From: Squalus acanthias
Taxonomy: Eukaryota
Direction of reading: 5' to 3'
Length of the DNA stretch: 64,000 nucleotides
Assembly (NCBI GenBank): GCA_030390025.1
Contig: CM059447.1
Location: 41,478,001 to 41,542,000 of the forward strand
The notes under the pieces are model-generated. The model saw only the letters and a program-made list of their open reading frames with translations. It was not told the origin of the DNA and made no database searches. The translations under genes and the position numbers were made by a program. Shown piece after piece: positions 1 to 13,278 of this stretch (its first letter is position 1; every line of letters starts with the position of its first letter).

Positions 1-185
1 ATCCCTTGCCGTCGGCAGGTGAGTGCCTCATAAAAGTCGGGGTCTGATCACATCATTTGGATCCTGACATGATGTAACTCCGAACCACGTGAGCTGCGCA
101 CAGTGCCACCTGTGCTGGGGAAACCTGTCGACAATTGGACCCAGGGCCAGAAGAGAACCAGGTCGGTATTTTACAGGTTCCTCAC

Positions 186-372
186 GGATCAAGAGTATAT
201 TCAAGGCTGAGATCGATAGATTTTTGGGCGCTAAAGGGAATCAAGGGATCTGGGGATCGGGCGGGAAAGTGGAGTTGAGGTGAATGATCAGCCATGATCT
301 TATTGAATGGCGGAGCAGGCTCGAGGGGCCGTATGGCCGACTCCTGCTCCAATTTCTTATGCTCTTATGTTC
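186..372 (+). mobile_element. CR1 LINE 3' tail fragment
   Basis: Typical CR1 3' end (gatcagccatgatcttattgaatggcggagcaggctcgaggggccg...cctgctcc) ending in ttcttatg repeats. Confidence 0.85.
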
Positions 373-546
373 TCACAATATTGCTGATTGATGCAGCGCA
401 GGGAGCGCTGGCTGCACGCAGCAATCATGGAAGTGAGCACGCAGCACCAAGTTGGCACCCGAATGCATTGCAATCAACGGGCGCGGGTTAATCGCGCGGC
501 GTTGTCCCGGCGCCCGTTTTTCGGATGTTATCCAATTGAACCCCCC
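373..546. mobile_element. Probable right end of a Harbinger-type MITE
   Basis: CpG-rich segment ending aattgaacccccc followed by TTA, resembling the GGG..AATT termini of other Harbinger elements here. Left end not identified. Confidence 0.4.
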
Positions 547-1162
547 TTACAGTTTCTCCCAGCCCACACAGTCTCCAGATCGACACAACAAAACTTTGTC
601 TCCCACACTCCCGCGGAACAGGCCGTTGGCTGCTGAATGCTGAAGAATAAATGTCACTGGATGAGAGGTCAGCTGTCACAGTTCCCCTTTGTGTCTGCAC
701 AGCAGGAATCCTGATCCGCGAAGTGACCTGCTCCCACACGGATAACGGTGATTGAGCGATGCTGCCGGAGTTTAATCATACACCCGACCAGCTCATGCGA
801 ACGCCAGCGAGCCTTAACCCCCTCGCTGCGGCCAAAGGAACAGAAAGCACTTGGACTGCAGTTGTGCCTTTAAGTGCAGAGATAAACCAAACAGTAACAG
901 AGATTTCTTTCCAGCCTACACCTTCTCGTTCGTAAGTCCTTCCACTCCAACCTCTCCCAACTGAACTATTTCCTTGTCTTTTATCCTTCCAGCATGGGAG
1001 TCGATCCTGATTGACTTTAATTGCCTTTAAAGATTTCTTAAGGCTATAGCACCTTGCCTTGGTCATTCTGACATGTTGTACAATTTCTTCAATCTGTTCC
1101 CCTATCGCGGATACAGAGCTCTCAAAAGCCTTTGGCTCACATCTCGTTCCTCGCTTACTCTG

Positions 1163-1480
1163 TTACACTACTCTATCAAAACCCTTCATGATGTTGAACA
1201 CCTCTGTTAAATCCCCTCTTAACCTTCTCTGCTCTAAGGTGAACAAGCTCAGCTTCTCCAGTCTCTCCACATAACAGAATTCTTTCATCCCTGGTACCAG
1301 TCTAGTGAATCTCTTCTGCACCCTCTCCAAGGCCTTGACATCCTTCCTAAAGTGCGGTGCCCAGAATTGAACCCAATACTCCAGCTGAGAACTAACCAGT
1401 GATTTATAAAGGTTTAGCATAAAGTCTTTGTTTTTGTACTCTGTGCCTCTGTTAATAAAGCCGAGGATGCTGCATGTTTT
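1163..1480 (-). mobile_element. CR1 ORF2 C-terminal fragment
   Basis: ORF LYKSLVSSQLEYWVQFWAPHFRKDVKALERVQKRFTRL, typical of the CR1 RT C-terminus. Confidence 0.9.
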
Positions 1481-1649
1481 TTTAACTGGTGACCTTCCTG
1501 TGGCGCTATTTTGGTCAAAAGGTCAATTAGGCCACAGTGTGAATCAGGTGGAACATACTCAAACACACCCCTCCCTGTGAGAACGCCAGGTATAACACGT
1601 GTCCTATTGCACCCCACCCTCGGTATAAGGCTCTGAGGGGTCAGTTTTT

Positions 1650-2350
1650 GTTGTGGATCGCACATCAGGCGGGCAGTGGGCAGGGCAACTCTTCCACCCA
1701 TCCAATCACGTCAGCAGGAGGCCCGATCGATTTTATTGGTTGACCCTCACTTAAATAGAAGGGGCGAGCTGCCGGCGCTAATCGCACTGTTGAAAGGTGG
1801 CTCACCTTTGTGGGAGGGCAGAAAATCTGGCGGACCTGCCGCCACTTAAAGTTAGCCTGCAGCTCTTAAAGGGAAGGTGCACTTTATCAAACGTGTTCAG
1901 TGGTCAACACGTTACCGAGGCAGCAGACTGAGTGCCGTCCGACAGGGCACCCTGATTCTCAGATACGACCCTGAAGGTCCTTGAGAAGCATGCGAGGACC
2001 AAGAAGGAGCTCCTCTGTCCTGGAGATGGATGACAGGCACCCAGGGAAATTAATCAACAGGCATGGAGGGAGGTAGCTGAGCAGGTCAATGCCAGCAACA
2101 TACTTCCTAGGATCTCGTTGTAGTGCAGGAAGAAATTTTATGATCTTACCAGGACGGCCAAGGTAAGACTCCTATTCACATCTCTCTTACTCTCTACCCA
2201 GCACTGTGTCACCAGACTATAGCCCCAGCACCAGCAATGTTTCCATCCCCTGGTGCACAAGACTTTCCTCCAATCACAGTGGGATACTACACTACACCTC
2301 CTTCTACTCGCACTCACACACTCAGCACTGCTACTGCCGTCACAACTACT
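1650..2350 (+). mobile_element. Harbinger remnant with decayed Myb/SANT-like ORF exon 1 (1944-2162)
   Basis: Translates RAP*FSDTTLKVL...AWREVAEQVNA...CRKKFYDLTRTAK, then splice donor gtaag at 2163. Confidence 0.75.
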
Positions 2351-2353
2351 GAT

Positions 2354-2580
2354 GGTTATTGGACTCAGGATCAAACATTCCTGGCTCTCACGCAAAGGGT
2401 TGTGTGGTTACTGGACTCAGGATGAGACAGTTCTAGCACTCAGCAAGGGTTTTGTGGTTATTGGATTCAGGATGAAACAGTTCTAGCACTCACCAGGGGT
2501 TGTGTCATTATTGGACTCAGGATGAAACAGTTCTAGCACTCACCAGGGGTTGTGTCATTATTGGACTCAGGATGAGACAG
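2354..2580. repeat. 50-bp minisatellite, about 4.5 copies
   Basis: ttggactcaggatgaaacagttctagcactcaccaggggttgtgtcatta recurs at 2411, 2461, 2511 and 2561. Confidence 0.9.
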
Positions 2581-2959
2581 TGACAACTGCTCCCAGTATT
2601 AGCCAGACCCAGTACTCACAGCAGAAGGCTGTGCGGTTGTTGGATCTCAGCTTGCACTGAGGGTAGACGCAGCACGATTAAGCCACAGAACTAGCAGCCA
2701 CAGCTGTCTCACTTTCACTGCTGTTAATATTTAAGACAGGCGCTCATTAATCACTCGATGGAGACAATCCCGTTGAAAAACACCACAGAAAGGATGATTA
2801 GTAATTGCTGAATAAGGACTATCAGCAAAGACAGTCCCATCACTGAATCCTGACATCAGTGTATCCCCTGAATCCTTCTACATCCATAAAAAACACCAGA
2901 ACCAATGATGACATTTACCAGCTCTCTTTCTTAGGTTTCTCTATAAGCCCCATCTTGTT

Positions 2960-4150
2960 TCTATTTTGTTCATTTTGGATCTCTCAGTCTCCTATCTCTG
3001 GCATGCGTCATTACCACCTATCCTACGTGGCAAGTTTTATTAGAGCAATCCAAAGCTAATCCCATTGCCCTGCTCTCTCCTTTCTCTACGTCAAATATTT
3101 ACCCACTCTTCCCTTAACAGATGCAATGGTCTCTGCCTCAATCACTCCCTGTGGAAAAGCATTTCAATCTCCAACAACCTTCTGAATAAAGTCATTTCTT
3201 TTAACCTCTCTCCTCACTCCATTAGTGACAACTTTAAATGAATGACTCCTGATTACTGACTCCCCAATGAGAAGAAATAGTTTTCCCCTATTCACTATCA
3301 AAACCTTCATAATTTTTTTAAAAACCTCCATTACATCTCCTCTTAGCCTTCTGTACTCCAGTGGTAATAGACCCAGTATCTCAAGTCTCTCCTCGTAACT
3401 ATAGTTTCCCATCCCTGGCATCCCCCTGGTGAATCTACACTGTACGCTCTCTCTGGCTTTAACGTCCTTTCTATAATGGATCTCCAAAACTGCACACATT
3501 ACTCTTGTACTCTATGCCCCTATTTATAAAACCCTAAAAGCTATTGGCTATTTTTGACTACCTGAACTAACACTTTCAGGTAATTAGATATTTGAACCCC
3601 TGGGTCTCTCTGCTTATCCGCACCTTTCGGTGTCTTTCTATTGAGTTTATACTCACATTCTTTGTTTTTCCTCACGAAACGCATGACTTCACACTTATCT
3701 GCATTAAATTACATCTACCACTTGTCTGCGCATTCTGCTAGCCAGTCTGTGTCCAAAAGTCATTTACAGTCCTCCTCATTGTTTGCCAAAACCCTCTACG
3801 TTTGTGTCATCATAACATTTCAATATCATGCTTCTTGTGCCCAAGTACAATCATCTATATATATATTGAGGGCAAAAGTGGACCCAGCACTGACCCCTGG
3901 GTGCACCACTCCCAACCCTTCTCCTATCTGAGAAGGGCCCTTTAACCCTACCCTTTTGTCTCCTGACCCACTTTCTCTCCATGCTGCTACATTTCTGATT
4001 ATACCATATGCCTGAAATTTTGTAACAATCCTCGTGTGAGAAACCTCATCGAACACTTTCTGAAAATCCATTTGCACCACATCTACTGCATTCCCTGTAT
4101 CTATCCAATCAGTCGTTTCTTCCAAAAAGCTCTCAATGGGATTGGTCAGG
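2960..4150 (-). mobile_element. Old, degraded CR1 ORF2 (RT) and 3' end
   Basis: ORF pieces DVVQMDFQKVFDEVSH and QCRFTRGMPGMGNYSYEERLEILGL. Confidence 0.85.
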
Positions 4151-5054
4151 GTTGTCCCGGTGGTGAAGAGGCAGGTCATTGACCAGCGCTCTGTGCTGGT
4201 ACAGTTTCAGGTGGTTCCACTCCAGCAGTACCCCTGCGAACACCTGGGGGCTCCTGCGCCTTGGTTTTGACCAACCTTTGCCTCAGTTTCCTGGATTTTA
4301 GCTAAGTGGAGAGGGAGAGGCTCTGCGCTCCACGTCAGACAAATAGAAACATGCTAATGTGGGGTTCTCAGTATTTTGGTTCGGAGACTCTTGAACATCG
4401 AGCTGAGGCTTTCTGCATAAAGCAGCCAAAAAAGACGCCAGTTTAGATCTAGAGACAGGGCCCATCGCTCAGGGGGAAGAATGGCACAGCTCACTACATG
4501 TAGCAAGATCGTACATGTATTCATGATATTTCTTCCGGTCGGTATATCTAGTGAAAAGAGAGATGCGTTCAGAAAGGTTTCACCAGAAACTCAGGAGACA
4601 TACAGAGGAATTCTTCAGCAACACAAGTACACTGTTTGTCACAGATCCAGCAGCCTCAGCTGTTGAAACGACATGGGCTCATAAATCACTTAATGGAGAC
4701 TATCTCGTAGAAAATCACCACAGAAATGTAATTTGCACTTGGTTAATACCGTGTTTACTGATGAAAACACTGCTGTGGTAAAATGGCTCCCATGGCCAAT
4801 CTCTCGCACCCTTCCTACCACTGAGCCTAGACTGACACCTCGGACCAGCTCGAGCTCCCTCAATCACTGCTCAAGAATGTCCTTCATTCGATCCTCAAAA
4901 GAGCACATCGGACTACAGCGTGTCCACGTAAGTACATACAATGGAGTCTTGAGAAACACATCTAAAGCTTAAATTCCTGTCCCCACAAATTTGCAGATAG
5001 CTCAAATTGCTGACATTAACAGATTCTGATGTACTGATTTAAGATTTTGTTCTG

Positions 5055-6075
5055 AACGGGGGCGGGGGGAGATGAGAATTTTTTTATGCAGCGAGTTGTT
5101 GTGAGCTGGAATGCACTGCCTGAAAGGCTGGTGGAAGTAGATTTAATAATGGGCCAGAAATTCGGCACTTGCCGGGTGAGTACGCACTGTGTACTCACCC
5201 GTAAGGCCACCTGAAGTGCCGGTTTCCTGCATGCACTGCGCATGCGTGGGAAACCGGAACTTCCGTTCCCCTGAAGGGAGGGGTTCAGAAGTCGAACGCG
5301 TGCGCGGGAGAGGCTGCGCGCACGCAGCGAACTTCGGGTTTTTTTCAGGTTTCTCCGGGAAGGTAAGTATGGAAGAAGCTGCGCTTTTAAAAAGGAGGCG
5401 CAAGACCTGTTTTTAACAAGGTAATTACAATTTAAAAAAATTTTCAACAGGTTTATCTTTTTTAGATACTTTAAAGAAAGGTAAGTTTATTTTTAGCACT
5501 GTTAAAAAGTATTTTAATTTTTTCAAAAATTTAAATTTTTGTTTAAAGTAGTTAATTTATTTAACTTATAGTTATTTTAAAAATGTGATTTTTTTTTTAA
5601 AATTTATTTGAAGTTTAGGTGTTGTTTTGGGGCCAATTTCAATTCATAGATTTGACAGGTCTACCTGTCAAATCTATGAATGAAAGATGGTCTGCTGCCA
5701 TTGGCTCGCTATGGCCCACGTGATCCCAGGGGACGCATCGCACTAACTACGCCCCTGGGATACACAAGCACTGCGCGCCGGCAGCTGCAGGAGGCCCAGG
5801 AGCTGAAGTCCCCGTGGGCCCAGAGGTCAACGGCAGGCGCGGTAGGTAGGTGCGTGCGCGATCCTTGCACCCGCGGGAAGCCAGGGAGCCGAATTTCTGG
5901 CCCAAGAACTTGCAAAAGAGAATTGGATAAATACTTGAAAAGGAAAGATTTGATGGGCTATGGGGAAAGTGCAGGAGAGTGGGACTATTTGGATCGCTCT
6001 TTCAAAGAGCCGGCACAGGCACGATGGGCCGAATGGCCTTCTTCTATGCTGTAAAATTCTATGATTCTATGATTA
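5055..6075 (+). mobile_element. CR1 3' fragment split by a MITE
   Basis: CR1 sequence (gagaattttttt atgcagcgagttg...gattt) stops at 5150 and resumes at 5904, ending in the attctatg tail. Confidence 0.8.
5151..5903. mobile_element. Non-autonomous Harbinger-type MITE (753 bp)
   Basis: Perfect 16-bp TIR GGGCCAGAAATTCGGC / GCCGAATTTCTGGCCC. Flanks AAT/AAG are an imperfect 3-bp TSD. CpG-rich ends, AT-rich core. Confidence 0.9.
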
Positions 6076-6165
6076 ATCCAGGCTAGATTCAGATGCCAGA
6101 AATGAGACGAGAGCTTCTAACTCACTACCCCATCCCCCTTTACGAGGATTAATTTCATGACTTTA

Positions 6166-6622
6166 GTTGTCAGCTGTGGCTTGCATCTGCATCAGAAGGT
6201 TGTGGGTTCAAGTCGCACTCCGAGAGACTTGAGCACAAAAATAAAGGCCGACACTCCAGAGCAGTGCTGAGGGAGTGCTGCACTGTCAGAGGTGCCGTCT
6301 TTTGGATGGAATGTTAAACCAAGGTCCTGTCTGCTCTCTCAGGTGGATGTAAACGATCCCATGACACTATTCAAAGAAGAGCAGGGGAGTTCTCCCCGGT
6401 GTCCTGGCCGATATTAATCCCTCAATCAACATAACAAAAACAGATTATTTGGTCATTATCACATTGCTGTTTGTGTGAGCTTGCTGTGCACAAATTGGTT
6501 GCCACGTTTCCTACATTACAACAGTGACTACACTTCAAAAGTGCTTCATTGGCTGTAAAGCGCTTTGGGACATCCTGAGGTTGTGAAAGGCGCTATATAA
6601 ATGCAAGTCTTTCTTTCTTTTT
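6166..6622 (+). mobile_element. SacSINE1/Deu-type SINE
   Basis: tRNA-like head (ggttcaagtc B box), conserved body, L2-like tail aaaggcgctatataaatgcaagtctttc. Confidence 0.85.
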
Positions 6623-7127
6623 ACATGAGAGAAGTTTTATTGTGACGTGTGTGGCTGAAGTAACATCAGGAAGATGCTTTCCGCTCTCAATGAGAGGGAA
6701 GGCTGTACTCAGAGCACCCATACAAACACTGTGTTACCAGGACCGTAACCCAGCAGAGAGATTGGTTAAGGTATAAACATCTCTCCCAGCCTCAATAAAT
6801 TAAAAATAATTAAATGGCCATTTATTTTTTGTTTTTGCATTAATAATTTCCTGGAAAATGTAAAAAGTAAGTGTGGGTATAGTCGCTGGTTCAATGAATT
6901 CTTCATCCAGGCCCTTAAAATGCTGCAGACATGCTCAGTGATGTCCGTGCGGTCCCACCGCTCTCTCAGTATTTGAAACACGTTTATTGCAGCTGCCTGT
7001 TGCCATAGAAACAGCTCTGTACTGATTGGGTAAGGAGCTGCTGTGATAATGGTGAGCGATGGGCAGCTTATGAGAGAGACGACAATACCTGAGTGTCAAT
7101 CAGCATAGGGTCAGAGAGCACATAACA

Positions 7128-7168
7128 ACATACACACACACGCCCACACACACACACACACACACACA
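7128..7168. repeat. (CA)n microsatellite
   Basis: Run of ca dinucleotides. Confidence 0.9.
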
Positions 7169-7667
7169 TAAATAAGAACTAGGAGCAGGAGTAGGCCATA
7201 TGGCCCCTCGAGCCTGCTCTGCCATTCAAAGAGATCATGGCTGAACCTCTGCATCAACTCCACTTCCCCGCCCTATCCCCATATCCCTTGATTCCCTTAG
7301 TGCCCAAAAATCTATCGCTCTCAGTCTTGAATATATTATCAACTGAGCAGCCACAGCCCTCTGGGGTAGAGAATTCCAAAGATTCACACCCCTTTGAGTG
7401 AAGAAATTTCTCCTCATCTCAGTCCTATCCGGAGACTATGAACCCTAGTTCTAGACTCTCCAGCCAGGGGAAACAGCCTCTCAGCGTTTACCCATGTCAA
7501 ACCCTCTAAGAATTTAATACGTTTCAATGAGATCACCTCTCATTCTTCTAAACTACAGAGAGTACAGGCCCATTCTACTCAATCTGTCCTCATACGACAA
7601 CCCTCTCACCCCAGGAATCAATCTAGTGAACCTTCATTGCATCCCCTCTAATACAAGTATATCCTTC

Positions 7668-7997
7668 CCGTGTCTGCGTGGGTTTCCTCCGGGTGCTCCG
7701 GTTTCCTCCCACAGTCCAAAAATGTGCGGGTTAGGTTGATTTGGCTATGATAAATTGACCCTTAGTGTTAGGGGGGGATTAAATATGTGGGGTTATGGGG
7801 ATAAAATGGGATATGTTAGGGGGAATTAAATACGTGGGGTTACGGGGGTAGGGTGGGATATGTGTACTGTGGGGATTAAAGCAGGGACAGGGTACTGGAT
7901 TTGGATGATCAGCCATGATCGTATTGAATGGTGGAGCAGGCTCGATGGGCCGAATGGCCTACTCCTGCTCCTAGATTCTATGTTTCTATGTTTCTAT
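7668..7997 (+). mobile_element. 5'-truncated HE1-type V-SINE with an extended CR1 tail
   Basis: V-domain cgtgtctgcgtgggtttcctccgggtgctccggtttcctccca; tail ends in tttctatg repeats; interrupts the CR1. Confidence 0.85.
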
Positions 7998-9753
7998 GTA
8001 AGGAGACCAAAACAGTACTCCAGGTATGGTCTCACCAAAGCCCTATATAATTGCAGCAAGACTTCCTTACTCTTCTACTCCAATCCCCTTGCAATAAAGG
8101 CTAACGTACCATTTGCCTTCCTGATTGCTTGCTCTGCCTGCATGTTAATTTTCTTTAATCCGTGTACAAAGATATCCAAATCCCTCTGAGTACCAACATT
8201 TACCAATCTCTCACCTTTTAAAAAAATTCTGCTTTTCCATTCTTCCAACCAAAGTGGATTATTTCACACTTCCCCACATTACACTCCATCTGCCACCTTC
8301 ATGCCCATTCAACTGGTCTATATCCCTTTGCAGCCTCTTTTCACCCTCCTCACAGCTTACTTTCCCACCTAGCTTTATATTGTCAGCAAACTTGGATATA
8401 TTAAACTCGGTCTCCTCATCAAAGTCGTTGATATAGATTGTAAATAGCTGAGGCCCAAGCACTGATCCTTGCAACACTCCACCAGTTACACCCTGCCTTC
8501 TCAAAAATGACCTGTTTATTCCTACTCTGTTTTCTGTCTGTTAACCAATCCTCATTCCAAGCTAATATGTTACCCCAATCCCATGACCCCTAATCTTATG
8601 TAACAACCTCTTGTGTGTCACCTTATCGAATGCCTTCTGAAAATCCAAATATATTACATCTACTGGTCCCCTCTTATCTACCCTGTTAGTTACACCCTCA
8701 AAAAGCTGTAATAAATTTGTCAAACACGATTTCCCTACCGATGTCAGGCTAACTGGCCTATAGTTCCCTGTTTTCTCTCTCCTTCCTTCCTTGAACAGCG
8801 GGGTTACATTTGCTATCTTCCAATCCACAGGGACTGTTCTAGAATCTAGGGAATTCTGGAAGATCAAAACCAATGCATCCACAATCTCTGCAGCCACCTC
8901 TTTTAAAACCCTAGAATGTAGGCCATCAGGTCCAGGAGATATGTTGGCTTTTAGTCCATTAAGCTTACCAGTACTTGTTCTTTACTAATATTCATTACTT
9001 TAAGTTCCTCACTCTCATTAGAGCCTTGGTTCCCCACAATTTCCGATATGTTCTTTCTGTCTTCAACTGTGAAGACTGATACAAAATATGTATTTAATGT
9101 CTCAATCATTTCCTTATTCCCCATTATAATTTCTCCTGTCTCTGCCTCTAAGGGACCCACATTTAATTTCGCGAAATCTCTTCCTTTTTACATACATGTA
9201 AAAGCTCTTACAATCTGTTTTTATATTTCTTGCTAATGTACCCTCATATTCTATTTTTTCCCTCTTTATCTATTTCTTGGTCATCCTTTGCTGATTTTTA
9301 AAACCCTCCCAATCCTCAGGCTTACTATTCATTTTGGCAACATTGCAAGCCCTTTCTTTTAATCTAATACTATCCTTAACTTTTCTAGTTAGCCATGGTT
9401 GTACCACTTTTCCAGTGGAGTTTTTATTCCTTAAGGTAATGTATATTCATTGAGAATTATGAATTATTTCTTTAAATGATTACTGTTGCTTATCTACCAT
9501 AATATTTTTAAATCTAATTTCCCAATCTACCTCAGCCAACTCACCACTCATACCTCTGTAATTGGCTTTGTTTAAATTTAAGACCCTAGTTTTGTATTTA
9601 ACCTCATCACTCTCAAACTTAATATGAAATTCTGTCATATTATGACCACTCTTCCCCAGAGGATCCTTTACTATAAGATTACTAATTAACCCTGTCTCAC
9701 TACACAATACTAGATCTAAAATAGCCTGTTCCCTAGTTTGTTCCTTGCATATT

Positions 9754-11508
9754 GGGGGGAATTTTCTGGGGGGTCAGCGGGCGCGATTGGTAGTGGGTCG
9801 GGTGGGAAAGTGTTTTTTTTTTACAGCAGGCCAGGACCCCGCTGTCAACCTGCCCCCACACGCCTTTACCAAATGTCGGGACTGCCAGCATTCACCAGCC
9901 CTGACACGCAGCGGCGAGGGAGGCAATTAAAAACATTAGTGGCTTGTTTACAACCACTTAACAATGCTTTTTTCCCAGCTTTTTGATTTTGACAGATCGC
10001 CCACCAGTTTCCCTCTGTGCCGGGACCTCGTCAGTGAAGCTGAGATGGGAGGTCACTTGCCATTGTTTCAGCTGATGAGTTGACAGCTTCAAATTTCAAG
10101 TCAAAGCTCCCAGCTGATTCAGATGTCTTCCCTTAGCCATTAGCTTCTCTAAACTGCATTTCCACTACAGATTCAGGGTGCTGCAAGTCTTTACACAAGT
10201 CTCCATCTAGTCTGACCTCATTACCTCTCCCACCATTGACAGATCGCTTCTGTCATCTCTACTTCAGCTGCCATCTACTTCATCAGCATTGGTGTCCCTT
10301 ATACTTTCTCACCTTCGTCCTCAGAGTCCCACCACAATCAGCCCAAACACCAGCAGCACCAGGCACACCAGCAGCACCAACAACAACACCATCGTTCTCC
10401 GCAATCAACTGGTGCTGCACAAGACACAGGGCATCAGCACCCGACCACATTGCTGCCCAGGAGGCCAGGGATGGCCTCACCATGGCCAGATTTATTTCAC
10501 TTGACACTGTACACTCTGGCTGCCACATGATGCGCCAGGTTGGCACCACCCCACACCAACACCATAAAGCATCTCTACAATGCCCAAGCCATTCCTTTCA
10601 CACTCACAGCATTGCAGGGGGTACCGTTATGTCTCACCATTCACTGCAACTCACTAAGCCACTTCCAAAGGTGCACACAAATCTGTCCAAGAACGCAAAG
10701 TGTTGAAAATAAAGATTTAAATGTTTGACAGCACATTAACAGAAACTTCACATGAACATTGCATAAAACACCCAAGTACCTACCCTTGTGTGTTGTTAGT
10801 TGGTATGATTAGACTAGGATGAGGGTGAGTGTGAGGAGTGGCTATTGAAATGGGGAAGTGATAATGTAAATAGAGAGGGCTGGGTGGAGGTGCAAGGTAA
10901 GTTGGTGTGAGTAAAGTAGGGAAGGTTGAGTGATGGGGATGTGATGATTGGCACAGCAGGATGAGGTTGAGTGTGGCTTTGCAGTAACGTTTTGTGTTCT
11001 ACTCAGATCATTGAAAGGTTTGCGCCACTGCAGCCTGGTCCTCCTGACGACATCCCTGCTTGTGTCCTGTGCAATGTGCAACCAGGCTGCATTGGTCTCC
11101 TGGGGAGGTCTCTTCTGCCCATTGGAAGGGAAGAGAACCTCTCTGCGTGCTGTGACTCTGGAGGGAGTCATGGGAGAGCCTGGGTGCAGCCGTGCAGCTC
11201 TGTGCAGTGCTTGTCAGTGTTTGCAGCACCTCAATGCTGTAGAACACTGACAGCGCAACTGTCAATGTAAATTTGCGCGTGTTCCCTTCAAGTAAACCGG
11301 CTGATGACACGTCATCAAATGACGTCATTAGACCCGCTTCCTTCAATTGGACCGGAAAATGCACTGGGCGGGCTTAACAAGCCCAATCAAGGGAAAATCA
11401 TTTTGGACAGCGGGCTAGAGACAGCAGCGAGGCCGGGACCCGCCACCGATGTCACCCGCCACCGATGTCGCCCGCCACGGACCCGCCCAGGTTAGTTAAA
11501 TCCAGCCC
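9754..11508. mobile_element. Internally deleted Harbinger transposon inserted in CR1
   Basis: ATT TSD (9751-53 / 11509-11); the CR1 reads continuously across it; GGG..ATTT termini; minus-strand Myb remnant NAAWLHIAQD..RTRLQWRKPFNDLSR. Confidence 0.85.
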
Positions 11509-11752
11509 ATTGTTCTAGAAAACTGTCCCGAATGCATTCTATGAACTCATCCTCCAAGGTGCTTTTGCCAATCTGGTTTGCCCAGTCTCTATGAAGATTA
11601 AAGTCCCCCACAATTATTGCATTACCCTTGTTACATGCTCCTCTAATTTTCTGATTTATACTTTGTCCAACACTATGATTACTGTTAGGGGGCCTATAAA
11701 CTATTCCCACCAGTGTTTTCTGCCATTTGTTATTTCTTAGCTCCACCCATAC

Positions 11753-12826
11753 ATAGAATCATAGATATCATAGAAGTTAGGAGCAGGAGTAGGCCATTCG
11801 GCCCCTCTAGCCTGCTCCGCCATTCAATGCGATCATGGCTGATCATCCAAATTCAGTACCCTGTCCCTGCTTTCTCCCCATATCCCTTGATCCCTTTAGC
11901 TTTAAGAAATATATCCAACTCCTTCTTGAATCTATTTAATGAATTGGCCTCAACTGCCTTCTGTGGTAGAGAATTCCACAGGTTCACCACTCTCTGGGTG
12001 AAGAAATTCCTCCTAATTTCTGTCCTAAATGGCTTACCCCTTATCCTTAGACTGTGACCCCTGGTTCTGGACTCCCCGACCATCGGGAACATCCTTCCTG
12101 CATCTAGTTTGTCCTGTCCTGTCAGAATTTTATAAGTGTCAATGAGATCCCCTCTCATTCTTCTAAACTCCAGCGAGTATAAGCCCAATCAACCCAATCT
12201 CTCTTCATACGTCATGCCTGCCATCCCAGGTATCAGCCTTGTGAATCTTCGCTGAACTCCTTCCATGGCAAGAACATCCTTCCTCAGATAAGGCGACCAA
12301 AACAGTACTCAAGGTGTGGTCTCACCAAGGCCCTGTACAACTGCAGCAAGACATCCTTGTTCCTGTACTCAAACCCTCTCGCTATGAAGGCCAACATACC
12401 ATTTGCCTTCTTAACCGCCTGCTGCACCTGCATGCTTACCTTCAGCGACTGGTGCACAAGGACACCCAGGTCTCGTTGCACTTCCCCTTCTCCCAATCTA
12501 TTGCCATTCAGATAATAATCTGCCTTTCTGTTTTTGACACCAAAGTGGATAACCTCGCATTTATCCACGTTATATTGCATCTGCCATGCTTCTGCCCAAT
12601 CACCCAACCTGTCCAAATCATCCTGAAGTTTCTCGGCATCCTCCTCGCAGCACACACGCCCACCCAGTTTTGTGTCGTCTGCAAACTTGGAGATATTACA
12701 TCTAGTTCCCTTGTCTAGATCATTAATATATATTGTGAATAGCTGGGGTCCAAGGACCGATCCCTGCGGTACCCCACTAGTCACTGCCTGCCACTCGGAA
12801 AAAGACCCGTTTATTCCAACTCTTTG
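11753..12826 (-). mobile_element. Younger 5'-truncated CR1 nested in the older CR1
   Basis: [26 protein letters not shown]; CATAC duplicated at 11748-52 and 12827-31. Confidence 0.9.
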
Positions 12827-13278
12827 CATACTGATTCTATATCCTGATTTTGTGGGCTAAGATCCTTTCTCACTACTGCCTTTATTTCATTCTTTATTAT
12901 CAGGGCTACCCCACCTCCTTTTCCATTTTCTAAAAGTCAAGTATCCTGGAATATTTAGTTCCCAACCTTGGTCACCCTGCAACCGCGTCTCAGTAATGGC
13001 TACTAGCTCAAACCCATTTATCTCACCTTGTGCCATTAAGTCATCTATCTTGTTATGAATTCTTCGTGCATTCAGATATAGCACATTTAATTTTAACTTT
13101 TTTCTATTTTTCCCTGATGTGGCCTTAGTCACTATTGCCCTATTACCATTATTATACTCTCTGTCCCTTCCTGACACAATCTGCTTGATTTTACCCAAAT
13201 CGCTACTCTGCTCTACAGTCTTGACTTTTCTCTTTAGGCTTATAAATTTACCCTTATCTGAACATTCCCTCCCCCTTA

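Noticed and set aside
6766-6998. Possible coding exon (FQILRERWDRTDITEHV..)
   Set aside because: No recognisable homology, no clear donor site and no partner exons.
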